Made by a program: the position numbers and the translations under genes
Source: a virus
Length of the DNA stretch: 64,000 nucleotides
Virus record (IMG/VR): IMGVR_UViG_3300021087_000857
Coordinates: 1-64,000 of that record
Direction: 5' to 3' (one strand)
The notes under the pieces: generated by a model
The model's database searches: none
The model's input: only the letters and a program-made list of their open reading frames with translations
Told to the model about the DNA's origin: nothing
Shown here: positions 8,962 to 17,591 of the stretch, piece after piece
Numbering within the stretch: the stretch's first letter is position 1
How the letters are laid out: each line of letters opens with the position of its first letter

Positions 8962-9626
8962 TGGCAAACATTTTAGTGATTACCGGGCCACAAGGATCCG
9001 GTAATCATTTATTCTCAAAAGCATTATCTATGCACAATGATGTCTCGGGTTGGGATGACCTGTTAAGAGAGTATTGGATAAACCACGATGCGGCACCTTT
9101 TAAAGATATTTGGTCACATCCCGAAACTATTAAAGAATATGATTGGTCATTAAGTGAGAATTGGGTTCTTAGTGTAAGTGGTCCATATGTAGATATTATA
9201 GACGGGCAAAAGCAAACAGTTTATCCTAACTACAAAGAAGTATTAAGCGAACTTAGTAAAGTAGGAAACCTCCAAGTTGGTATTATTGGTAGAGACCAAA
9301 ATATCATGGGACAAAATCAACTAAGGAAACGAGGAGTAGAAAGTTATCATAACTTTCTCAACAAAGTAGAAGACTTAACAGCACACCCTCATGTGTTTTT
9401 AAGTGTAGAACTATTGTACTTGTTTAGACATCAATACTTAAAGTCACTAGATACCTTGCTTGATATTCCTGTAGATGCAAGTGATGAAAGACTTCATTAT
9501 ATTCTAAATAAAGATCCAAATGCCAAATATGTACACAGTGTTGAACATAGTTGGCTTGATAAACGTAAGAGAGACGGACTATTGAATGATAATAGTCTAC
9601 CTCATGATGAAACATCAACTGATTAG
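8961..9626 (+). CDS. P-loop/sulfotransferase-like protein
   Basis: N-terminal ILVITGPQGSGNHLFSK resembles a 5'-PSB/P-loop; IIGRD resembles a 3'-PB strand. Confidence 0.4.
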   Translation: MANILVITGPQGSGNHLFSKALSMHNDVSGWDDLLREYWINHDAAPFKDIWSHPETIKEYDWSLSENWVLSVSGPYVDIIDGQKQTVYPNYKEVLSELSKVGNLQVGIIGRDQNIMGQNQLRKRGVESYHNFLNKVEDLTAHPHVFLSVELLYLFRHQYLKSLDTLLDIPVDASDERLHYILNKDPNAKYVHSVEHSWLDKRKRDGLLNDNSLPHDETSTD

Positions 9627-9673
9627 TTGATAATCAGTCCTAACTACCTTAGGAACGTAACTTAGGTTACATT

Positions 9674-9701
9674 AAAGGGAGCAGAGATGCTCCCTTTTCT
9701 T
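9674..9701 (+). terminator. intrinsic terminator
   Basis: AAAGGGAGCA-GAGA-TGCTCCCTTT then T-rich tail. Confidence 0.85.
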
Positions 9702-9785
9702 ATGACTACTATTTTATTAAAGCATAGGTTAAAGAAATTGCTAAAAATAATAAATAGTAGTAGTTAATTAAGGAGACAGCATACT

Positions 9786-10334
9786 ATGAAAGTATTATTG
9801 CAAACATTGATGCTACTATTTTTCTTTGTACTAGGAAGCGTGGCTTATGCTGATCCTATTGTAACAGAATCAACTAGTAACAGCACAGTCACAACAAAAG
9901 GTGACAACAAAACAACCGTAAAAAGTCCACCTCCGAGTGCGATTTCACCGAGTATTAATAGCAGTAATAGTGATCTATGTACTGTAGGTATATCAGGCGC
10001 AGTACAAACTCAGATACTAGGTATCAGTGGCGGATCAACAGTACGTGACTTAAATTGTGAAAGGCTAAAACTAGCCAAAACAATATATGACATGGGTATG
10101 AAAGTCGCAGCCGTCAGTATCATGTGTCAAGATGACAGAGTTTTTAGAGCAATGGAAATGGCAGGCACCCCTTGTCCGTTTTTAGGTAAAATTGGAGAAG
10201 AAGCCCAGCAGGAATGGGATGCTAACGAAGATTTAAAACCTATAAACAAAGAGGAGGAGACTCGAAAGAATGACAAACTTGAAGGTGCTATGCAAGGCAT
10301 TGGTCTTGTTGGTATTCTGCTTTTGTTACTCTAG
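9786..10334 (+). CDS. exported/membrane protein with 4 Cys
   Basis: AAGGAG SD; signal peptide (..AYA-D), PPSAISPS, CERLKL, MCQD, GTPCP, C-terminal hydrophobic tail. Confidence 0.8.
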   Translation: MKVLLQTLMLLFFFVLGSVAYADPIVTESTSNSTVTTKGDNKTTVKSPPPSAISPSINSSNSDLCTVGISGAVQTQILGISGGSTVRDLNCERLKLAKTIYDMGMKVAAVSIMCQDDRVFRAMEMAGTPCPFLGKIGEEAQQEWDANEDLKPINKEEETRKNDKLEGAMQGIGLVGILLLLL

Positions 10335-13158
10335 TTTTTCTTTAGCAGACACATCAGCTCCGACCAGTCCAACAACTACAAGCCCATACACACTAGATTT
10401 AGATGACGGAACCATTGCGAATCCACAATATGGATGTCCTAGTGGAACAACAGCCGCACAAGTTAATGTTTCAAATTGGAGTACCCAAACAGTTCGCTTT
10501 GGCGAATGTGTCAACACGTTTGCTATAACATATGCAATCAATCAAGCACTAACAGGTACAGGCGTAAGCATAGACAAAGTCCACTACAGTTGGCGTTATG
10601 TCATGTGCTTCAACAAACCTGGCGACAGTTGTAATACTAACCTAAGTAATAGAGTTAACACTAGCACAGGTGAAGTTACAGATGATACATATTTTGATGA
10701 ACTACAAGTTGTTATTGAAATAACAGATAGCAGTGGAAATGTAGTTGAAACTAAAACATGGAACATGGATACTTGGTATCAATGGAATGCTGCCAACAGT
10801 CACAGTGACAATGAAATACAAGTTGGTTCAGTTTATTGGCAGATCGAAGAAGGTAACATAGAAGTATATAATCACATAGATAAAACAGGAACCATACGCA
10901 CACCAAACAGTGTAGGTGATGTAAGGTTTAGAATTAGTGGACACGACAAAGGTAATTGGGATGGATACTACGGACCAGTTATAAACAGATTACAAACTTG
11001 GTTTACTTATAGAGCAAACCCTTGTAACGATACAGCACTTTATGATCCAAGTTGCCCAGGTTATGCAACAGCCTATGCGGCATGGGAATACGAGCAAAAT
11101 TGTAGTGCAAATGCACTTTACGATCCAGGTTGTCCAGGTTATGCAACTGCAAACTATAATGCTCAGTGTAGTGCAGATCCATTATACGACAGTGGTTGCC
11201 CTGGCTATGCAACAGCATATTACAATCAACAATGTAGTGCAGATCCACTTTATGATAGTGGATGTGATGGATACGAAGCAGCATATCTTTCTCAACAATG
11301 TAATTTAGACCAAACGCATAGCAGTCAATGTCCATATTATAGTTCGGCTATTGCTACTAATACACCTGCCATGGAAAACGAAGCAGGACAAGGTAGTGAC
11401 TTTATTGAAATAGTCTCATCAGAAAATAGTGCGGCATATAATATAATATATTACAATAGTAGTGAAATAGCCGCAGGCGATTGGGTTGCATTATGTGAAA
11501 CTTATACCGGTGGATGTGAAGATGCAGTGATTTACCAGGTATCATATTTCAATAGCGAAAATGGACCTTATGCGTTTTTATATACAAAAGATAAAGATGG
11601 TAATACTTTTATCCCTACAAACGGTGACAAGTATAAATTTATGACAGAGACACAGTTTGATGCATACTGTGATTCGAGTTCACTTTATAGTCCAATGTGT
11701 GATGGATATGCGGCTGCATACTTTACACAACAATGCACAGCCAATCCACTTTACAACAGTGAATGCGATGGCTATGCGGCAGCTTACACGGCTCAGCAAT
11801 GTGAATCTAATCCATTGTACGCTACGTCATGCTCAGGATATGCCGCAGCTTACTTGGCTCAGCAATGTAGTATTAGTGCATTGTATGATAGTAGTTGTTC
11901 AGGATACGCAGAAGCCTACTTTGCATATCAGTGTAGTGCAAATGCATTATATGATGAAAATTGTACAGGATACGACGAAGCATATTTAACATATCAATGT
12001 AATGCAAATGTGTTGTATGATGAGAGTTGTACAGGATACGCAGAAGCATTCTTTAATGCACAGTGTGAGGCAGACGCAACTTACGATATTCGTTGTACAG
12101 GATACGAACAAGCATACTTTGATCAACAGTGTTTATATAATCCACAATACGATCCATTATGTACAGGTTATGTAGCACCAGTTGTTGAAGCAAGTCCAGA
12201 AGATTTAATAGATGATGGAGCAGGAACAGGTGATAGTATTGTTGATAGTATTATTGAAGTACCAACATTACCAGTTATTAATTTAATTCCAGAAATACCA
12301 CAAACAGTAGAAGTACCTCAACCTGAAATAGTTATGCCAGATATACCAGAAGTAGAAGTTGTAGTAGTTGAAGTACCTACTCCTGTTGAGCAAATAGAAT
12401 TAGAAGTAGAAGCACAAATAGAACAAGAATTAGAAATACTGCCAGAGGTAGAAGTAGAGACCGTAGAAAGCGAACCACAAAATGAAACGCAAGATTCACA
12501 AGAAGAGTCCAGTAGTGATGTGGAACAGTCAATGGATAGTGACGGGACAGACGAAGATAGTAGCGACTCCGGATCATCAGAAGAAGATAGTTCCACTGAG
12601 GATACTGAAGGAGATACCGAAGAAGTAGAAGAAAGCACAGAAGATGAAAGTACAGAAGATGAGGCTACTGAAGAAGAAAGCACAGAAGAAGAGTCTACTG
12701 AAGAAGAAAACACGGAAGAAGAATCAAGCGAAGAAGAAAGCACTGAAGAAGAATCAACTGAAGAAGAATCAACTGAAGAAGAATCAACTGAAGAGAAACC
12801 AGTTGTAAAGAAAAAGACTACTAAAAAACTAACAAAGGCACAAAAAGAAAAAGCAAAGAAAGAAAAGATGAAAGAAATTATTAAAGATAAGTTAAAAAAG
12901 TTAGCAGATGATATGGGTAAAGCACAAACGCTAGAAGCTCAGCAAGCCTTACAACAAATTATTGCTGCCTTAATTAACTATGTTCCAGGATTTAATGCTT
13001 ACGGAGAGTTAGCAATACCTGGAGTTGATTTCTATCAATCAGATGAAATATATAAAGATAAAAAAGTTCCAGAGAATCTAAGAGGGTTAAGGAACGGACT
13101 TGCAAGTGAATTACTTTGGAATAAGATGGTTGACGAGCAATATGAAGGAATGGAGTAA
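10270..13158 (+). CDS. large secreted protein with 13 Cys/Tyr-rich ~22-aa repeats and an acidic linker
   Basis: GAGGAGG SD at 10251-10257; signal peptide; repeats C-x3-(P/A)LY-x3-C-xGY; EESTE repeats; Lys-rich helical C-terminus. Confidence 0.85.
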   Translation: MTNLKVLCKALVLLVFCFCYSSFSLADTSAPTSPTTTSPYTLDLDDGTIANPQYGCPSGTTAAQVNVSNWSTQTVRFGECVNTFAITYAINQALTGTGVSIDKVHYSWRYVMCFNKPGDSCNTNLSNRVNTSTGEVTDDTYFDELQVVIEITDSSGNVVETKTWNMDTWYQWNAANSHSDNEIQVGSVYWQIEEGNIEVYNHIDKTGTIRTPNSVGDVRFRISGHDKGNWDGYYGPVINRLQTWFTYRANPCNDTALYDPSCPGYATAYAAWEYEQNCSANALYDPGCPGYATANYNAQCSADPLYDSGCPGYATAYYNQQCSADPLYDSGCDGYEAAYLSQQCNLDQTHSSQCPYYSSAIATNTPAMENEAGQGSDFIEIVSSENSAAYNIIYYNSSEIAAGDWVALCETYTGGCEDAVIYQVSYFNSENGPYAFLYTKDKDGNTFIPTNGDKYKFMTETQFDAYCDSSSLYSPMCDGYAAAYFTQQCTANPLYNSECDGYAAAYTAQQCESNPLYATSCSGYAAAYLAQQCSISALYDSSCSGYAEAYFAYQCSANALYDENCTGYDEAYLTYQCNANVLYDESCTGYAEAFFNAQCEADATYDIRCTGYEQAYFDQQCLYNPQYDPLCTGYVAPVVEASPEDLIDDGAGTGDSIVDSIIEVPTLPVINLIPEIPQTVEVPQPEIVMPDIPEVEVVVVEVPTPVEQIELEVEAQIEQELEILPEVEVETVESEPQNETQDSQEESSSDVEQSMDSDGTDEDSSDSGSSEEDSSTEDTEGDTEEVEESTEDESTEDEATEEESTEEESTEEENTEEESSEEESTEEESTEEESTEEESTEEKPVVKKKTTKKLTKAQKEKAKKEKMKEIIKDKLKKLADDMGKAQTLEAQQALQQIIAALINYVPGFNAYGELAIPGVDFYQSDEIYKDKKVPENLRGLRNGLASELLWNKMVDEQYEGME
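11023..11340 (+). repeat. coding tandem repeat block 1 (5 units of ~66 bp, Cys/Tyr)
   Basis: e.g. CSADPLYDSGCPGYATAYYNQQ repeated. Confidence 0.9.
11668..12171 (+). repeat. coding tandem repeat block 2 (8 units of 66 bp, Cys/Tyr)
   Basis: e.g. CSANALYDENCTGYDEAYLTYQ repeated. Confidence 0.9.
12628..12795 (+). repeat. 15-bp coding minisatellite (EESTE)n
   Basis: GAAGAAGAATCAACT perfect x3 plus degenerate copies. Confidence 0.85.
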
Positions 13159-13163
13159 ACACA

Positions 13164-13673
13164 ATGAGTGATAAAACAACATTAGAAGTAGGTGGATTAA
13201 AGTTTACTGGAGGTAAACTATTTTTAGTTATTACTATATTATCTACTTTAGGCGGAGCAGCATGGGGAGGCTTTGAATTCTATAATGACTATAGAAATAT
13301 GAAAGCCAAGATAGAAAAGTATGTAGCACCAGATCTAAGTGGAATTAGAGCAGAACTACAGGTAGTTAACACTAAACTTGACGAAGCACTAGACTATTCT
13401 AAAGATATTAAAAACGGATTACGTGATGATATTGTTAGATTAGAACGTATTGTTGATCAAGTAGAAGATGATGTAAACAAAGTTGAAGATAAAACACGTG
13501 AGCAAATTGATTTAGCTGATCAACGTTTTGAAAACAAACGTGACCAATTGCTAACTGATTACCAACAAAAAGCAGATAGTTTAACAACAAGTACCGACTT
13601 AAAACTTAAAGAATTAGAAAGTAGACTTAACAAAAGACTACAAAGAGCATTAGATAATCCACTAGCTCAGTAA
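13164..13673 (+). CDS. membrane-anchored coiled-coil protein
   Basis: N-terminal TM (LFLVITILSTLGGAAWGGF), heptad-rich body, ends RALDNPLAQ. Confidence 0.8.
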   Translation: MSDKTTLEVGGLKFTGGKLFLVITILSTLGGAAWGGFEFYNDYRNMKAKIEKYVAPDLSGIRAELQVVNTKLDEALDYSKDIKNGLRDDIVRLERIVDQVEDDVNKVEDKTREQIDLADQRFENKRDQLLTDYQQKADSLTTSTDLKLKELESRLNKRLQRALDNPLAQ

Positions 13674-13686
13674 TAAAATTAGATAC

Positions 13687-13713
13687 AACACCTCCCAATG
13701 GGGGGTGTTTTGT
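13687..13713 (+). terminator. intrinsic terminator
   Basis: AACACCTCCC-aat-GGGGGGTGTT followed by T-rich tail. Confidence 0.75.
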
Positions 13714-13756
13714 ATTATCATAAATATAACTATACTTAAACAACCCCAACAAACAC

Positions 13757-13785
13757 TTGACATTTACACTTATATAATGTATTAT
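13757..13785 (+). promoter_or_regulatory. sigma70-type promoter
   Basis: TTGACA-17 nt-TATTAT. Confidence 0.7.
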
Positions 13786-13824
13786 AGCGTATACAATGAC
13801 AAGATTACTTAAAGAGACAATTAT

Positions 13825-14529
13825 ATGTTAGATGTTTTTATGTTAACATTCGGCGAACCCGAAGCAGATGACAATTTTGAAATACTAAAATTAAAAGCCC
13901 CACATGCCAAACGCATTGATAATGTACAAGGATTACTGCAAGCACACCAGGCCGCAGCAGAAGAATCACGCACAGGTTATTTTTATGTATGTGATGCTGA
14001 CGCAGTAATACAAGAAAACTTTGCATTTAAGTTTGAGCCTAGTGATAGACGAGAAACATATCCAGGTGTAAAAGAAACAGAATGTGTGTTTACTTATCGT
14101 AGTCATAATCCTATTAATGATTTGATATACGGATATGGTGGACTTAAATTGTTTCCTAAAAAGAATTTACTAGCAGTAACAGAATTTAAAGTAGATATGA
14201 CTACAAGCATTGGTGCAAAGTTTGTACCTAAGTTTGAGATTGCAAACACTACTGCATTCAATACAGATCCATTTAACACATGGCGTAGTGGATTTAGAGA
14301 ATGTACTAAGTTAGCAAGTAATATTATTGATCACAACAAACAAGTTGATGATGCATATAGATTAGAAGTATGGTGTACACGTGGCGAAAACAGACGCTAT
14401 GGTGATTATGCAATACTAGGCGCTCAACAAGGCAGAGACTTTGGAACGCACTATAAAGGCAATACAGAAGCCCTACGCAAGATAAACGATTGGGAATGGT
14501 TAAAGGAGACATTTAATGAAGCACTCTGA
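13825..14529 (+). CDS. GT-A-like glycosyltransferase
   Basis: DVFMLTFGEP start, FYVCDADAVI (DxD), YGYGGLKLFP, WRSGFRECTKL. Confidence 0.55.
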   Translation: MLDVFMLTFGEPEADDNFEILKLKAPHAKRIDNVQGLLQAHQAAAEESRTGYFYVCDADAVIQENFAFKFEPSDRRETYPGVKETECVFTYRSHNPINDLIYGYGGLKLFPKKNLLAVTEFKVDMTTSIGAKFVPKFEIANTTAFNTDPFNTWRSGFRECTKLASNIIDHNKQVDDAYRLEVWCTRGENRRYGDYAILGAQQGRDFGTHYKGNTEALRKINDWEWLKETFNEAL

Positions 14530-15463
14530 TTTTCAAAAAGAATACCATTGGATGAACGGACTAAGTGAATACTTTAAGTTCAATGGACAAGAAGAACGAT
14601 ATGACCAGATTCACAAAGCATTATACCACAACAACTGGTATCGCAAGCGTGATATTATAGTTGAATTATGTGGTAGGATTAACAGCAATCCACATCATGT
14701 TAAGTCGTGGATGAATCTGATGTTGCATGAGCATCTACCAGATGTTGATATAAAAGCACAGTTAGTTGCAACACTTATTCGTAAGCATATGAGAGAAGAT
14801 AAATTTATAGCAAACGTATGTAAGTTTATTAATTATTGGTCAGGAGAAGATGGCGAAGCTGCCGACATGCCGGACATGAATGACTTTCTCAGTAGAGGTC
14901 AAGTCAAAAGTAAATTATGGATGGTAAGTGAGTTAGCTAAAGTAGTAGAAGGAAATTTAGGCAACGTAGCATTCTATGGCGGCTGGTATAACTTTATGGC
15001 GTACTTTTTATTCTCACAGTTTGAAGTTGACAAAGTATATAGTTTAGATGTTGACAGTAAAGTAATAGATCCAAGTAAACGACTTTACCCAAAACAAGTT
15101 GAACAAGAAAGATTTTTACCAAAGACTGTAAATGTATCTAAAATTAAATGGAACAACAATATTGCTACTGTTCCTACTAACCAAACCGACGGAGAAGATC
15201 CTGGAGAGTATTGGGAGTTAGATAAAATTGATATGATAATAAACACAAGTTGTGAACACATGAATAACGAATGGTTTGATAACTTACCAGACGGTACTCT
15301 CGTTGTGTTACAAACAAATGATTACTTTAGTAATCCACAACATAGTAATTGTTGTAAAGATTTAGAAGAAGCCAAAAATAAATATTCTATGCAAAGTGTA
15401 ATGTATGAAGGTGAGTTAGATACCTCTCTATATAATAGATTTATGCTAATTGGCATAAAGTAA
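14516..15463 (+). CDS. class I SAM-dependent methyltransferase-like protein
   Basis: VAFYGGWY glycine loop, SLDVD acidic strand, IINTSCEH. Confidence 0.6.
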   Translation: MKHSDFQKEYHWMNGLSEYFKFNGQEERYDQIHKALYHNNWYRKRDIIVELCGRINSNPHHVKSWMNLMLHEHLPDVDIKAQLVATLIRKHMREDKFIANVCKFINYWSGEDGEAADMPDMNDFLSRGQVKSKLWMVSELAKVVEGNLGNVAFYGGWYNFMAYFLFSQFEVDKVYSLDVDSKVIDPSKRLYPKQVEQERFLPKTVNVSKIKWNNNIATVPTNQTDGEDPGEYWELDKIDMIINTSCEHMNNEWFDNLPDGTLVVLQTNDYFSNPQHSNCCKDLEEAKNKYSMQSVMYEGELDTSLYNRFMLIGIK

Positions 15464-15472
15464 AAGTATTAT

Positions 15473-15715
15473 ATGAAAGACGTAGTTTACATAGATTTTG
15501 TTATAGATGATTTCACTGAGCATTCAGACATAGATGCATGTTGTAAAATATCAGCAGAGATTGGATCTAAAGGATTATTGTATGGTCCAGACTTTTGGTT
15601 CCATGAAGCATTTGTAGAAGATAGCCAGCAGATTCTTAAATTTGGATTCAAAGACAAACACGAAGCTATGTTAATTAAACTAGCAGGAGTACAAAAGTTA
15701 ACAACACTACATTAG
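15473..15715 (+). CDS. small hypothetical protein (F..D...AMLxKL family)
   Basis: FGFKDKHEAMLIKL. Confidence 0.7.
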   Translation: MKDVVYIDFVIDDFTEHSDIDACCKISAEIGSKGLLYGPDFWFHEAFVEDSQQILKFGFKDKHEAMLIKLAGVQKLTTLH

Positions 15716-15717
15716 TT

Positions 15718-15960
15718 ATGCCAGCAGTAATAAAGTTTTATACAGACGAATATACAAACAATAAAGATATGTTTGCTACATATGATGCTATTGGAAATAT
15801 AGCATCCTTATTGAGAGCTGAAGGTTTTGTATATGCTGAAGATGTTAGACTAGCAGAAGTATATTATAAAGAACAAAATGGTAGGCAAATAATAGCATTT
15901 GAATTTGTAGACGAACGCAAAGCAATGTTATTAAAGTTAAAAGGAATTAATAATGGATAA
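15718..15960 (+). CDS. small hypothetical protein (F..D...AMLxKL family)
   Basis: FEFVDERKAMLLKL; tandem paralog of the previous gene. Confidence 0.7.
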   Translation: MPAVIKFYTDEYTNNKDMFATYDAIGNIASLLRAEGFVYAEDVRLAEVYYKEQNGRQIIAFEFVDERKAMLLKLKGINNG

Positions 15961-16198
15961 AGAATTATGGGACGTAATACTTGATGGCTTTTCATTAAGA
16001 GAATTACAAAAAGAGGCAGCTAAAGCAATTAGTACAATGCCTGCAGATAATAATAGTATTCATAAATTTAATAAACAAGCACATCATAATAGCCAATTAT
16101 GGTACAGAGCAGTTATTATTCATTACTGTGAAGAACATGGAGGATTTCCTAGTGAAATTGGACCTGGCAAAGATGTAAAATTAATAATGGAGGATTAG
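15953..16198 (+). CDS. hypothetical protein
   Basis: AAGGA SD, coupled ORF. Confidence 0.7.
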   Translation: MDKELWDVILDGFSLRELQKEAAKAISTMPADNNSIHKFNKQAHHNSQLWYRAVIIHYCEEHGGFPSEIGPGKDVKLIMED

Positions 16199-16200
16199 GA

Positions 16201-16539
16201 ATGGTACCAAAAGAATTATATAAAATAGAAGATATAGGCGGAGAACTTGTTAAAGATAACGAAACTTATACCCTTAAAGACAATACACTATTAAATAATT
16301 TAGTTGTTAGTTCCACAAACCTAAAACCATATAAAAGTACAAACGGACATACACATCCTGGGCAAGAAGAAGTATATTACTTTGTTAAAGGTGCAGGTAC
16401 AATGTATTTAAATGATGTTCCAAGATTTGTAGAAGCAGGTGATATAGTATTAATAGAAGATGGAGTACATCACAGAGTTAGTACAGGACCAAGTGGATTA
16501 TATTTTGTTTGTGTGTTTGACGGAAAGCGATCACACTAA
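16201..16539 (+). CDS. cupin-domain protein
   Basis: GHTHPGQEEVYYFVKGAG and GDIVLIEDGVHHRV cupin motifs. Confidence 0.9.
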   Translation: MVPKELYKIEDIGGELVKDNETYTLKDNTLLNNLVVSSTNLKPYKSTNGHTHPGQEEVYYFVKGAGTMYLNDVPRFVEAGDIVLIEDGVHHRVSTGPSGLYFVCVFDGKRSH

Positions 16540-17238
16540 ATGCAAAACATAACTATTATATTCCGCGGTGGGCAGTGTGGGAACTATCTTGGATATAATA
16601 TAGGAAAGTATATTACTAAAAGATTTGAAGACCTCTCATCAATAGTTAACCCAGTTAATAACGAATACTTCACTTGCGAAATAGATATATTTAAATACCA
16701 AATTGTATGCAGTCATCTTAATCTTCTTGACAACAAACATATTAAAGATTCTTTTTTTCCTACTACCCAGATTAAAGATACTGTCATGCAAAAACGTGGA
16801 TTTCATGGCACAAAAACCTTAGTTAATAGTAATGCTAAAGTAATAGTAATACATAATAATTCGAATATAGAGTATACAGAAGTGTTATGTGGTATAAAAA
16901 AACAATTGATAGAAAATAAGTTAGATGACATATTTATAGGTTATGACTTTAATAGTTCAATTGCAAAAGAACGAAAAAAGAAATGGGAAGAATTATATAT
17001 TGAACCATATGTTAGAATGGCATCTAACTTTAAAGCAGAAGGATATGATGTATTTAATTTAGAGTACAAAGATTTGTTTATAGATGAAGATGATAATAGG
17101 AATAAATATATAGAACTATGTGACTTTCTAAATGAAGATTATTCTAATGAAGGATATAATCATTTAGTTGAATACACAAACAAAAACATAGCTCTAATGG
17201 AAAAACATTGTTTGTTTGATAGAAAGCAATTACATTAA
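16540..17238 (+). CDS. sulfotransferase-like/P-loop hypothetical protein
   Basis: IIFRGGQCGNYLG N-terminus; C-terminal LEYKDLF...LCDFL pattern seen in sulfotransferase folds. Confidence 0.35.
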   Translation: MQNITIIFRGGQCGNYLGYNIGKYITKRFEDLSSIVNPVNNEYFTCEIDIFKYQIVCSHLNLLDNKHIKDSFFPTTQIKDTVMQKRGFHGTKTLVNSNAKVIVIHNNSNIEYTEVLCGIKKQLIENKLDDIFIGYDFNSSIAKERKKKWEELYIEPYVRMASNFKAEGYDVFNLEYKDLFIDEDDNRNKYIELCDFLNEDYSNEGYNHLVEYTNKNIALMEKHCLFDRKQLH

Positions 17239-17591
17239 TGGAATTATTATTAACTAACGTAATTTATGTTGGGTATAGATTATTAGTTACCGCACATATA
17301 GTAAAGTTTTTTAACAAATATATGTTTTACTCGGCTGCAGTTTTAATAGCAGCTCAAGTGAGTTTTTTATATGACGGCGGAATATTTGCTTGGTTCTTTC
17401 AAGCACAAGCATTACCTTCAATGGACGAGCTTATACAAGCCAACGTATTATACACACTTAGAGTAGGAATAGCATGGGCATTTATATATTGGCTATGGCA
17501 GATAAGAAAACTTAATTATTATCTAGCAGTTTTTATTGGAGCAGAAGCAACCTTTATAGTTGACTATTTTATATTTGATGGAGTATTTTAA
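17238..17591 (+). CDS. multi-pass membrane protein
   Basis: About four hydrophobic segments; TAATG coupling. Confidence 0.7.
   Translation: MELLLTNVIYVGYRLLVTAHIVKFFNKYMFYSAAVLIAAQVSFLYDGGIFAWFFQAQALPSMDELIQANVLYTLRVGIAWAFIYWLWQIRKLNYYLAVFIGAEATFIVDYFIFDGVF

Noticed and set aside
11023-12171. Cys/Tyr repeats as multi-core RiPP precursor for the radical SAM enzymes
   Set aside because: Embedded in a 962-aa signal-peptide protein with paired Cys (disulfides more likely); no leader/cleavage pattern and no adjacent radical SAM gene
12318-12743. 141-aa Ser-rich minus-strand ORF
   Set aside because: Antisense shadow of the GAA-rich acidic linker
12628-12795. Short direct repeats as a CRISPR array
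   Set aside because: In-frame 15-bp coding repeats with no spacers and no cas genes
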